NCBI GenBank assembly: GCA_035471625.1 | Contig: DATIPT010000167.1 | Span: 2,708-66,707, forward strand | Length of the DNA stretch: 64,000 nt | Origin: Anaerolineales bacterium | GTDB lineage: Bacteria; Chloroflexota; Anaerolineae; Anaerolineales; E44-bin32 | Direction of reading: 5' to 3' | Shown here: piece by piece, positions 19,436 through 28,510 of the stretch | How the letters are laid out: every line of letters starts with the position of its first letter | How positions within the stretch are numbered: the first letter of the stretch is position 1 | Notes under the pieces: model-generated | What the model was told of the DNA's origin: nothing | Database searches by the model: none | What the model saw: only the letters and a program-made list of their open reading frames with translations | Made by a program: the position numbers and the translations under genes

Positions 19436-19855
19436 CTAGTCGACGTCGAGGTCCGCCCCGATCAACCGGTAGTGTTCCTTCATCATGCAGCGGTTCATCA
19501 CGACCTGCAATCCGGCCTGCTCGGCCACCGCTGCCGCCTCGGCGTTGTAGATCCCTTCCTGCATCCAGACCGCTTTCGCCCCGATGGCGACAGCCTGCTC
19601 GACGAAAGGTTGGACTTCCGCCGACGGACGGAACAACTGGACGACATCGACAGGCCGATCGATCGACGCCAGGTCCGGATAGGTCGCAAGCCCAAGAACC
19701 TCCGACGCGTTCGGGTTGACCGGGATCAGGTCGTATCCCTGGGAGAGCAAATAGCGCCCGACGCCGTGGCTGGCCTTGGCCGGATCCTTCGACAGCCCGA
19801 CCACGGCGATCGTCTTGGACTCCTTCAGGATCCTGCGCAATCTGTCGTCACTCAC
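19436..19855 (-). CDS. CoA-binding domain protein (YccU/YneT-like).
   Basis: ILKESKTIAVVGLSKDPAKASHGVGRYLLSQGYDLIPVNP. GTG start at 19855 in a GTGA overlap with the kinase stop. Confidence 0.85.
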   Translation of the reverse strand: MSDDRLRRILKESKTIAVVGLSKDPAKASHGVGRYLLSQGYDLIPVNPNASEVLGLATYPDLASIDRPVDVVQLFRPSAEVQPFVEQAVAIGAKAVWMQEGIYNAEAAAVAEQAGLQVVMNRCMMKEHYRLIGADLDVD

Positions 19856-21246
19856 GCTTGCTCTTGCTCCCTTCGCATGGGGAGCCGGACACGGAAGCAA
19901 GTGCTTCCGGGACGCGACTCCACGGTGATCTGCCCTCGGTGATGCAGGGCGACAATGTTGTGGCTGATGTGGAGGCCCAACCCGGTGCCGACGCCGGGCG
20001 GCTTGGTCGAGAAGAAGGGTTCGAAGATCCGCGCGCGGATCTCCGGAGGGATTCCCGGGCCCGTATCGCGAATCTCAATGGAAACGTGTCCGTCGTCGAC
20101 CGCCGTCCGGATCCACAAATCGCCCTTCCCTTCCATCGCTTCGATGGCGTTGGCGATCAGATTGGTCCAGACCTGGTTGAGCTCACTGCCGTGAGCCTCG
20201 AACGGCGGCACCTCCGGCGAGTACTCCCGATGCACCGTGATCCCTGGTTCGAGCTTGCTCTTCAGGATGATCAGGGTGTCCTCCAGTCCGCGATGGAGAT
20301 CGATCGTCTGAACCGGGGCCTGATCGAGATACGTATAGGAACGGACCGCACCAACGATCTCAGAGATCCGCGTGGCGGCAACCGAAGCCTCTTCGAGCAG
20401 CTGGGCCAGATCCCGTGAAAGGGCCATCCAGGCGGCTGCAGCCGAGCGAGCCGGGGGCGCCATCGTCTGGAAGATGCCGCTCAAGCTCTGGGTTGTCATC
20501 CCGGCGCCAACCAGCGTCGGGGCCAGGTCCCAGGCGTCCGCGACGCCCTGGGCTTCCAACCAGGCCTGCAGTTCGGATTCGCGATCGCTTCGTTCGAGGG
20601 GGTCGAGTGTGAGGCCTGGCCGCGGCCCGCCGGGACCCGACTCTCCAGCGAGCGTTTCCAATGCTGTCTCGTCGATCCCGAGTTCGTGCAATCGGGCATG
20701 GGCCCTGCGCCACGCGGAGAGAACAGCCTGCAGCCGATCCACCGACCGGCGCATGGCGGCGGCCGGGTTGTTCAGCTCGTGGGCGAGCCCTGCGGCGAGG
20801 GTGCCGAGCGCGGCCAGTGTCTCGGTTTGGCGGAGCATCGACTGGGTGTGACGCAGGCGCGCCGAGATCGTGTGCAGGATCCGCAGGGACGCCGTGGGGC
20901 TCGTTTCGACCAGGCGACGGAAGGCCTCCTGGTCGATTTCGAGCAGACGGCTGGCGCCCAGGGCTCGAACGGTTGCGGTGCGCGGCGAGCCGTCTAGCAA
21001 CGACATCTCCCCGATGACTTCCCCGGGACCGCGCACCGCGATCAGCACTTCGGCCGGTCCCGAACGCTTGGTGATCTCGAAGTCGCCTTCGAGAATCACA
21101 TACAACGAGCCCCCTGGGCTTCCCTCGAGCATCAAGACCTCGCCAGGGGCCAGGCTCTTGGGGCGCGATCCGTCTGCGAGTACGTCCAATTCGTCCGGGC
21201 TGAGGTCGGCAAAGAGGGGAAGGCGCTGCAGGCTCTCGTGGTTCAC
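19852..21246 (-). CDS. Sensor histidine kinase with an N-terminal cyclic-nucleotide-binding (CNB) domain.
   Basis: CNB: [13 protein letters not shown] ... [17 protein letters not shown] (phosphate-binding cassette with Arg). H-box [11 protein letters not shown]. HATPase N/G boxes ([22 protein letters not shown]). GTG start at 21246 in a GTGA overlap with the upstream stop. Confidence 0.88.
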   Translation of the reverse strand: MNHESLQRLPLFADLSPDELDVLADGSRPKSLAPGEVLMLEGSPGGSLYVILEGDFEITKRSGPAEVLIAVRGPGEVIGEMSLLDGSPRTATVRALGASRLLEIDQEAFRRLVETSPTASLRILHTISARLRHTQSMLRQTETLAALGTLAAGLAHELNNPAAAMRRSVDRLQAVLSAWRRAHARLHELGIDETALETLAGESGPGGPRPGLTLDPLERSDRESELQAWLEAQGVADAWDLAPTLVGAGMTTQSLSGIFQTMAPPARSAAAAWMALSRDLAQLLEEASVAATRISEIVGAVRSYTYLDQAPVQTIDLHRGLEDTLIILKSKLEPGITVHREYSPEVPPFEAHGSELNQVWTNLIANAIEAMEGKGDLWIRTAVDDGHVSIEIRDTGPGIPPEIRARIFEPFFSTKPPGVGTGLGLHISHNIVALHHRGQITVESRPGSTCFRVRLPMRREQEQA

Positions 21247-22898
21247 AGGGTTTGCAGGTACTGACGGATGATGGCGACGGCAGCGGCGCCCTCGCCGGTC
21301 GCTGAGGATACTCGGTGGCTCGTCCCGAAGCGGACATCTCCGGCGGCGAACACCCCGGGCAGGCTGCTCTCGAACGCGTAGGGATGGCGGGAAAGGGTCC
21401 ACCCCGGAGGGAGCTTCCCTTCGCGCGTCAGGTCCGGGCCGGTGAGGATGTAGCCCTTTTCATCGCGGGCCACCTGCTCGGCGACCAGACCGCTCTCCGG
21501 ACGGACGCCGATGAAGACGAACAGGGCCGCGCCCGGCAGAGTCTGTTCTTCACCGGTCCGGTTGTTCTTGACGCGCACCGACTCGAGGCCTTCGTTCCCA
21601 TGCACCTCGATCAGATCCGTATTCGTCAGAATCGCGATCCGCTCATTCCTCCGCATGGCTTCCACCAGGTATCCGGCTGCCGTGGGTTGATCGGCCCGGA
21701 CCAGAACGGTGACTTTGTTGGCGAAAAGGGCCAAGTACATCGCGGCCTGGGCCGCCGAGTTGGCCCCTCCGATGACGAATACGTCCCGTCCGGCGAAATA
21801 TCCGGCCTCCGTGTGCGCGGATCCGTAGTACACCCCGCGGCCGGTCAACTCCGACGCGCCGGGCATCTTCAGGATCCGGAAGGTGGCTCCGGACGCCAGC
21901 AGGACGGCGCCGCAGGTCAACTCGCCGCCATCCTGCAGGCGCACGATCCGATACGGATCGCGCCGTTCAACCGCAACGGCTTCCTGGGCGCTGAGGATTT
22001 CGGTTCCGAAGCGCCTGGCCTGGGCCACGGCCCGCTGGGCCAGATCGCCCCCCGAGATGCCTGCGGGAAATCCGAGGTAGTTCTCGATCTTGGGGCTCCG
22101 GCCGGCCTGACCGCCTGGCGCGGCGCGCTCAATCAGGACCACTCGCATCCCTTCGGAGCTCCCGTAGACGGCCGCTGCCAGCCCGGCTGGGCCACCGCCG
22201 ATGATGGCGACGTCGTAATACTCGCGCGCCGCCGCCGTCTGCAGGCCCAGCTTTGCAGCAAGCTCTCCAGGGGAGGGTGCCGCCAGAGTCGTTCCGTCGG
22301 GGAAGAGCAATGTCGGCACGACCGGAGCTCCGGACTCGGTGGCGATCGCCAACGCCTTGGCCTGCTCATCGCGGTCGATGTCCAACCACAGATACGGGAT
22401 CTGATGACGCGCCAGGAAGTCCTTGGCGATATGCGACGCAGGCGACCAGAGCGCCCCGACGAGGCGGATGCCCTCGAACGCCGGCTGGGCCTGGCGCCGC
22501 CATTCGTCAAGCAGATCGTCGAGAACGGGGTAGAGCCTCTCCTCCGGCGGGTGCCACGGTTTCATCAAGTAGTGGCTCAAGCCGATCTCGTTGATCGCCC
22601 GGATAGCCGCCTCGGTGTCGGCGTACGCCGTCAGCAGGACCTTGCCGGCGTCCTCGGCCAGCGGCCTGGAGGCCGCCAGGAAATCGATCCCCGACATACG
22701 CGGCATGCGCTGATCGACGACAAGCAGCGACACCGGTTCGCCGCGAGCGGCCAGCTGGCGCAAGACTTCGAGACCCTGGTCGCCCGACTCGGCGGTGACG
22801 ATCCGGTAGTCGCGGCCATAACGAGCGCGCAGGTCTCGTTCAATCGATTGGCGAACGACGGGTTCGTCGTCGATGGCGAGGATAGCGGGTCGGGGCAA
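21243..22898 (-). CDS. Response-regulator receiver fused to a glutaredoxin-like fold and a thioredoxin-reductase-like FAD/NAD(P) flavoprotein. Both CxxC motifs are absent.
   Basis: REC with DD (10-11), D62 and K113. Grx-like segment with WSPAS (151-155). DVAIIGGGPAGLAAA FAD motif, VFVIGGANSA NAD(P) motif, GVFAAGD. The CATC position reads SAHTE (360-364). The protein has a single Cys. Confidence 0.88.
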   Translation of the reverse strand: MPRPAILAIDDEPVVRQSIERDLRARYGRDYRIVTAESGDQGLEVLRQLAARGEPVSLLVVDQRMPRMSGIDFLAASRPLAEDAGKVLLTAYADTEAAIRAINEIGLSHYLMKPWHPPEERLYPVLDDLLDEWRRQAQPAFEGIRLVGALWSPASHIAKDFLARHQIPYLWLDIDRDEQAKALAIATESGAPVVPTLLFPDGTTLAAPSPGELAAKLGLQTAAAREYYDVAIIGGGPAGLAAAVYGSSEGMRVVLIERAAPGGQAGRSPKIENYLGFPAGISGGDLAQRAVAQARRFGTEILSAQEAVAVERRDPYRIVRLQDGGELTCGAVLLASGATFRILKMPGASELTGRGVYYGSAHTEAGYFAGRDVFVIGGANSAAQAAMYLALFANKVTVLVRADQPTAAGYLVEAMRRNERIAILTNTDLIEVHGNEGLESVRVKNNRTGEEQTLPGAALFVFIGVRPESGLVAEQVARDEKGYILTGPDLTREGKLPPGWTLSRHPYAFESSLPGVFAAGDVRFGTSHRVSSATGEGAAAVAIIRQYLQTL

Positions 22899-22926
22899 GG
22901 GCTACACCATTCGAGTTGAGGCCATT

Positions 22927-24729
22927 CTACCTCCCAGGAGCTCCCCCACGTCCGCGCTGGAAGATCATCTGGATGATCGGCTGGCGACGGAACGCATCAT
23001 CGAGGCCAAGCGGGGCGAGGCCGATGGCGACGGCTTCGGCGTGCTCGGCCGCGCCGGCATAGTCGCGCCGGGCGTCATCCGAGCGCCCGTCGGCCTCGGC
23101 GAGCTCAGCCAGATGCATCTCGATCTCCCACAATCCGACGGTGACCCCGTGCCCCCCAGCGATCTCGAGGGCCGTCTGAAGCTCGGCGCGCGCCTCGGAA
23201 CGCCGGCCCTGGCCGAACAAGGCCTGGCCGACCGCCATGTGGAGCTTCGGTGTGACCATATGGGCGCCCAAGGCATCCGCCTGGGAGAGGAGGGCCTGGG
23301 CCACGACTTCGGCCCGCATGAAGTCGCGGCGGCCGAGGTGGTAGTCAACCTGCGCATAGATGAAGGGCACAGGATCTTCCATGAGGGACAGGGAACGCGG
23401 GTCACCTCCAAGGTCTGCCTCGAGGGCGTATCGTTCGGCCGTCCCCAGGTCCCCGGTCCACGTCGCGAGCCAAGCTCGGCTGGCCAGGCCTGCTCCCATC
23501 ATCATCGGAGAAGGATGCTCCTCCTCGAACTGCCGTACCTGATCGGTGAGGGCTGCCGAGGTCTTGGCGTCTCCGGCGAGGGCGTAGACAATCGCCAGGA
23601 CCGATCTCAGCGCCACTTGGGGGTAGAGGAACCCTGCGTGCTCGGCGAGCTGGATACATCGCTGCATCTCGAGGATGGCCGGGCCGAGCTCGCCGCGTCC
23701 GAAGTACGCAAACGAGGGCGCGACGCGACTGTAGGATTGCCCCCACAGGTTTCCGATTCGATCGCTGACGGAGATCGCCTCGGCCGAAAGCTCGAAGACC
23801 TGGTCGTAGTCGGCGGTGTAGGCGCGCAGCAGGGCCAGGGACGACAGGCTGTCAGCCAACATCGGAAGGTTGTCGAGTTCACGCCAGATCGGCCGGGCTT
23901 CCTCGGAGGCACGGGCGGCCTTGCTGGTTTCGCCGATGACGAAGTAGTTGGAGGCGATGTCGTTCAGGATATAGGCCTCGCGTTCACGCAGGCCGTGCTC
24001 TCTTGCCAAGGACAGGGCCGCTTCGCCGGAACGGACGGCCGCATGCGGATCTATGCGGGTCAAGGCCAGCAATTGGATCCACAGCGCCCGCGTCTCGTTG
24101 GCCACATCGGCGGCCTTACGGGCCAGCACCAGCGCCCGCTCCGAGAGGGCCAAGGCGCGCGGCGGATCGAACAGGCGGGTCGGGACGGCATGCAGGGAGG
24201 CAGCGCCGAGGATGCCGGCGCATTCCAGAGACGCGGACCGCCGATCCCGGCCCAGGCGCTCCAGCGCCTCGTACGTCTCCAAGGCGCCTTCATACTGGCC
24301 GGAAAGGTCAAGGCAGCGGCCACGGCGCTCGTGCAAGCCCATCAAATCCGTCTCCGACACGCCCACGGCCTGGGCGTGGGCGATCGCCCGGCCGAAATGG
24401 TCGGCCGCTTCACGCGCCGCGAATCGCCTCATGGCCTCGTCGCCGGCGACGGTGGCGTAGCGCAAGGCCTTGTCCGGAATCCCGGCTTGCTCAAAGTGGG
24501 CCGCGAGCACTCCGGGAAGATCCAGGCGTCCACTGGAGGCTTTCTGTTCCAGGACTTCACCGACGAGCCGGTGAAGGTCCTTGCGGTCTTGGACCAGCAT
24601 CGACTCATAGGCGACCTGCTGCACCAGGTTGTGCTTGAAAGTGAAAGTCGGCTCGGCTTCAACGATGGCTCGTATGAGCTGGCGAGTCTCGAGTCGCTCT
24701 AGGGCGGCGCCAAGGTTCATCGCGGCCAT
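22927..24729 (-). CDS. Winged-helix plus TPR-array protein (STAND-type sensor arm), paralog 2.
   Basis: Starts MAAMNLGAALERLETRQLIR...FTFKHNLVQQVAYESML followed by about 500 aa of TPR-like helical repeats. ATG 24729 lies 4 nt after the TAA of the upstream paralog. The track ORF extension to 25113 is Arg/Pro-rich and rejected. Confidence 0.75.
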   Translation of the reverse strand: MAAMNLGAALERLETRQLIRAIVEAEPTFTFKHNLVQQVAYESMLVQDRKDLHRLVGEVLEQKASSGRLDLPGVLAAHFEQAGIPDKALRYATVAGDEAMRRFAAREAADHFGRAIAHAQAVGVSETDLMGLHERRGRCLDLSGQYEGALETYEALERLGRDRRSASLECAGILGAASLHAVPTRLFDPPRALALSERALVLARKAADVANETRALWIQLLALTRIDPHAAVRSGEAALSLAREHGLREREAYILNDIASNYFVIGETSKAARASEEARPIWRELDNLPMLADSLSSLALLRAYTADYDQVFELSAEAISVSDRIGNLWGQSYSRVAPSFAYFGRGELGPAILEMQRCIQLAEHAGFLYPQVALRSVLAIVYALAGDAKTSAALTDQVRQFEEEHPSPMMMGAGLASRAWLATWTGDLGTAERYALEADLGGDPRSLSLMEDPVPFIYAQVDYHLGRRDFMRAEVVAQALLSQADALGAHMVTPKLHMAVGQALFGQGRRSEARAELQTALEIAGGHGVTVGLWEIEMHLAELAEADGRSDDARRDYAGAAEHAEAVAIGLAPLGLDDAFRRQPIIQMIFQRGRGGAPGR

Positions 24730-24733
24730 TCGC

Positions 24734-26545
24734 TTATCCCACCAGGCGCTCGACGTCGTGACGGGCAAAGAAGGAGGCGCGCAGAGAGGGCTCTCGAAGG
24801 TCCGAGCCGAGCGACTCGACGATCGCCCGCGCGGCGGCGCGCGGCCTGCCGTCGTCGCCCTGGCCGAGGGCCTCGATTGCATCGGCCAATCCGGCCAGGA
24901 TCGGCCACTGGAGAGACCGAGCGCCGGTGTTCTTGAGGAGGTCCAGGGCTTGTTCGTGATCGCGACGAGCGTCTGCCCAGGCTCCCTGCGCGGCGAGCAG
25001 GCGGCCGCGCCAGAACCGCATTTCGGCTGAGAAGCGATTCGTTTCCTCCAGGTCCAGTCGCTCCAGCAACCCGGACGCAAAGCGAACGCCGCCTTCGAGG
25101 TTGCCGCGTGCAAGGTCGAGCTGGGCCATCACTGGTCCGATGTAGTAGTAGTTCTGGAATCCGGGGACGATGCCACTGGGCAGGTCGCGGAATTCCTCGA
25201 GGAGGGCTTCGGCGCCGTCGAGGTCCCCCTCCGACAGGCAGGCCAGGGCACCCAGGGATTGGACCCACGAGTACCACTCATCGGTCGGCGAGGCCGACGC
25301 CTCCCACAGGCGTACGGCGGCCCGGGCATGACCCGCACCCTTGGCAGGTTGCCCCAAGTCGATCCAGACGCGGGCCAGGATCGAGTTGAGGGCAAGACGG
25401 AAACCGATGAACGGTACGCGGGCGGCGTACCCGATGAGCCGATTGCCCTTCTCCAGCGCCGTCTCCCATTCGCCCTGATCAGCATGCACCTGGACCCGGG
25501 CCCATCCGTTGTAGGCGACTCCCCACGGATTGTCGATCGACTGCGAGATGACCTGGCCCTCCTCGGAACATCGGGTGGACGTTTCGAAGTCCGCGCCGGC
25601 CTGGTGGAGATTGGCCAGGCCCGCCAGAGCGTCGGCGACCATGGCCCGATTTCCAAGGTCGCGGAAAGCCTCCAGGGCCTCGCCGCCGTACTGAAGGGCT
25701 GCCTTGCGCCGGCCGCTGGTCAGCCTCGAGACCATCAAATCGATGAGGATGTGGGCTTCGGCCTCGCGCACGCCTGCTTCCGGAGGGAGGGAGGCGCAGG
25801 CCGGGCCGCGCGCGATCTCCAGGGCCTGAGAGAAGAAATCATCGGCGCGACGCGGGTCGCGGAACCGGTGGCGCAGGCCGCGGTTCCACAGAGTCTTGGC
25901 GAGCAGCAATTCGTCCCCGGCCTCCCGGGCGAGGGCCTCGGCGCGTTCCAGCAAGGGCTCGACGTCGACGGACTGTGCAGAGGTGACGACGGCCAACGTC
26001 GCTTGACGGAGCAACGCCTCTGCCTCCAGCGCCGGATTCACCATTTGCCGGGCGAAGGCCTCCAGCTCCTGGTGAACCTGAAGGGCTTCCCTGTGCCGCC
26101 CACCAATCTCAAGGACCGTCCCCTTGCCGAGAAACGCGTCGCGAATCCCCGGCGCAAACTCCGCCGGGGGCAGGCGGGGCGCCACTTCTAGCGCAAGGTC
26201 AAAGTTGACGACGGCTTCCTCGACGGCGTGGTTGCGCTGCGCCAAACTACCGGCCCGCAAGGCGAAGTGAAAGGCCTGACGGTCGTCCCCGCCGTGGCGG
26301 TAGTGGAGGGCCAAGACCGCGGGTTGGAGCGTGGCCGCTTCGGGAAGCACGCGCAGGATGGATTCGGCCACCTGACGATGCACTTCGGCGCGCCGTTCCC
26401 TCAGCAATCCAGCATAGGCAGCCTCCTGGATCAGGTTGTGCTTGAAGCGATACTCGCCCTCCGCCCCTTCGCCACTGGGGCGAACCAGGTCGGCGGCTTC
26501 GAGGCGGCCCAATTCCTGCGACAGGAGTTCGGGAGTCGGCTTCAC
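24734..26545 (-). CDS. Winged-helix plus TPR-array protein (STAND-type sensor arm), paralog 1. It is either a separate gene or the frameshifted C-terminal part of the cyclase-NTPase.
   Basis: VKPTPELLSQELGRLEAADLV...EYRFKHNLIQEAAYAGLL followed by TPR repeats. GTG start in a GTGA overlap (26542-26545) with the cyclase-NTPase stop. Confidence 0.7.
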   Translation of the reverse strand: MKPTPELLSQELGRLEAADLVRPSGEGAEGEYRFKHNLIQEAAYAGLLRERRAEVHRQVAESILRVLPEAATLQPAVLALHYRHGGDDRQAFHFALRAGSLAQRNHAVEEAVVNFDLALEVAPRLPPAEFAPGIRDAFLGKGTVLEIGGRHREALQVHQELEAFARQMVNPALEAEALLRQATLAVVTSAQSVDVEPLLERAEALAREAGDELLLAKTLWNRGLRHRFRDPRRADDFFSQALEIARGPACASLPPEAGVREAEAHILIDLMVSRLTSGRRKAALQYGGEALEAFRDLGNRAMVADALAGLANLHQAGADFETSTRCSEEGQVISQSIDNPWGVAYNGWARVQVHADQGEWETALEKGNRLIGYAARVPFIGFRLALNSILARVWIDLGQPAKGAGHARAAVRLWEASASPTDEWYSWVQSLGALACLSEGDLDGAEALLEEFRDLPSGIVPGFQNYYYIGPVMAQLDLARGNLEGGVRFASGLLERLDLEETNRFSAEMRFWRGRLLAAQGAWADARRDHEQALDLLKNTGARSLQWPILAGLADAIEALGQGDDGRPRAAARAIVESLGSDLREPSLRASFFARHDVERLVG

Positions 26546-28461
26546 GATCTGCCTGCGGGGGACTGGTGCTCGACCACATCTTCCAGGATCCGAACCTGGA
26601 ACGTCCGGCCGATCACCGAGGCGATCTGAAGTACACGCTTGGCGTCTTCCGGCAAGCGGTCGATGCGTGACGCCAGGACGCCCTGAAGCGTATCGGGGAT
26701 CCGGAGTTGGCCGGCATCGCTGCTCAGGCGCCAGACCTCCTCATCTCGTTCCAGGACCCCCTGGTCGATCAACATGCGCAGCACCTCTTCCACGAAGAAG
26801 GGATTCCCCTCGGCCTTCATCTGGATCAAGGTCCGGATCTCTTCCGGAAGGTCCTGCACATCGAGCAAGTTCTCGACAAGATGCTCCGTATCCGCTTCGG
26901 AGAGGGGCGCCAGGTGGATCTCGATCGCCCCGCCGCCGGCGGTCTCGCGCGCGGCTTCCAAGAGCCGCCACCCCGGCGAGTCTCTTTCCGGCCGAAGCAC
27001 CAGCGCGACGACCAGAGGGACCTCCCCCACAACCGGCAGAAGTTTGGCGCCGAGGTCGACGGAGGACGGATCGGACCAATGCACATCCTCACAGACGATC
27101 ACCGTCGGGGTCTGTTGGCACATGTGCCGGAGGAGTTCGGCATAGGCCGACACGTACCGAGCCTGAAGGGCCGGGCCGTCGAGGTACTTGACCCGGGCGG
27201 CGGCGTCGCCCTCCAATTCCAGACCCAACAGGTGGGCCAGATAGGGGCGGACCTCGTCGGTCGGTTCGCCGAACGCCTTCTCCAGCGTACGGTCCAGCGC
27301 GGCGCTGAGTTGTTCTGGGGTAGCCTCCGGACCGGCACCGATCAGGCCGCGCAAGATCTCGGTGCTGAGGTGATGGGCCATCGCCGCGCCAAAGGAGAGG
27401 CAGCGGGCCTCCACCCAGCGCAGCGGGGGGGACGCCTCTGCCGGAGCGTGGCGCCGCCACTCCGCAACCAGTCGCGACTTGCCCAGGCCGGCCTCACCGA
27501 CGATCGCGACCGTTGCTCCCTGGCCTTGGCGTACATCGTCGAGGATTTGGACCAGGGTCGAGAACTCGCGCCGTCGCCCGACCATCGGCGAGTCGACGCC
27601 GGCGATGCCGCGTGGTCGGACGGCGCCCTTGCGCGCTCCCAGGACCCGATAGATGTGGATCGGCTCGGCCTTTCCTTTGACCGAGATCTCCCCCCTATCT
27701 TCGAAGTCGAAAAGGGTCGAGACCAGGCGGTGGGTGTCGCCGGTGACGAGGATCGTGTCCGGGTCGGCGGCGCTCTGGACCCGCGCCGCCAGGTTGATTG
27801 TGTCCCCGACGGCCAGATACTCCATGTGCAAGTCGTCGCCGATCGTGCCCACGACGACAAGGCCCGTGTTGATCCCGATGCGGACCTGAAAATCGGGCAC
27901 GCGAGCGGCGGCAACGAGTTCCTCGCGGTAGCGACGGACTGAATCGAGAATCGCCAGGCTCGATCGGATCGCCCTCTCCGGATCGTCCTCATGCGTCAGC
28001 GGCGCGCCGAAGAACGCCAACACGCCATCGCCGAGGAGTTGGGCAATAGTGCCTTCCAGCCGGTAGACCTCCGCGCTGACTCGTTCGTGGGCGCCGGTGA
28101 CGACGTCACGCCAGTCTTCGGGGTCCATCGCTTCGGCCAGCGACGTCGATCCGACGATGTCAACGAAGAGCGCCGTGACGCGTTTACGCTCGCCCTCGAT
28201 GCGGCTCCGATCGGCGAGGACCTTCCGCGTCAGGGAGGCCGGCGCGGCGCTCCGAATGGCTGCCAGCCCGGAGCTTGGGCGCGCCGTCGCTCCGGGGAGG
28301 GCGCCGGCGTCGGCAAGGTTGTGCCCGCAGTGCCGGCAGAACCGCGCCTGTGGTGAGACCGCTCGCCCGCAATTGGGGCAGGTGGCCTCCAGGGGGCTGC
28401 CGCAGGACTCACAGAACCGGGCGTCGGCTGGATTCCGGTGGGAGCAGATTGGACATTCCAT
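26542..28461 (-). CDS. Double zinc-ribbon plus class III adenylate/guanylate cyclase domain plus P-loop (STAND/AAA_16-type) NTPase.
   Basis: CPICSHRN..CESCG / CPNCGR..CRHCG ribbons. Cyclase metal Asps in ALFVDIVGST and LLGDGVLAFFG, and transition-state N/R in GDTINLAAR. Walker A GEAGLGKS, Walker B VIVCEDVHW. Confidence 0.88.
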   Translation of the reverse strand: MECPICSHRNPADARFCESCGSPLEATCPNCGRAVSPQARFCRHCGHNLADAGALPGATARPSSGLAAIRSAAPASLTRKVLADRSRIEGERKRVTALFVDIVGSTSLAEAMDPEDWRDVVTGAHERVSAEVYRLEGTIAQLLGDGVLAFFGAPLTHEDDPERAIRSSLAILDSVRRYREELVAAARVPDFQVRIGINTGLVVVGTIGDDLHMEYLAVGDTINLAARVQSAADPDTILVTGDTHRLVSTLFDFEDRGEISVKGKAEPIHIYRVLGARKGAVRPRGIAGVDSPMVGRRREFSTLVQILDDVRQGQGATVAIVGEAGLGKSRLVAEWRRHAPAEASPPLRWVEARCLSFGAAMAHHLSTEILRGLIGAGPEATPEQLSAALDRTLEKAFGEPTDEVRPYLAHLLGLELEGDAAARVKYLDGPALQARYVSAYAELLRHMCQQTPTVIVCEDVHWSDPSSVDLGAKLLPVVGEVPLVVALVLRPERDSPGWRLLEAARETAGGGAIEIHLAPLSEADTEHLVENLLDVQDLPEEIRTLIQMKAEGNPFFVEEVLRMLIDQGVLERDEEVWRLSSDAGQLRIPDTLQGVLASRIDRLPEDAKRVLQIASVIGRTFQVRILEDVVEHQSPAGRS

Positions 28462-28510
28462 GTCACTTCCTTTGGTCGATCTCGGGTTGGAGGCTTGCGG
28501 GACCGTCCGC

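Noticed and set aside
22873-24702. Very long ORFs antisense to, or out of frame with, the called genes. Examples: 22873-24702 +, 5795-7222 +, 21315-22919 +, 35813-37381 +, 41611-43158 +, 39706-40857 -, 45601-46746 -, 46466-47713 -, 49569-50891 -, 61912-63426 +, 214-1167 +.
   Set aside because: Their translations are Arg/Pro/Gly/Asp-rich with no recognisable motifs. Each overlaps a gene with clear family signatures. Long spurious ORFs are expected on the opposite strand of high-GC coding DNA.
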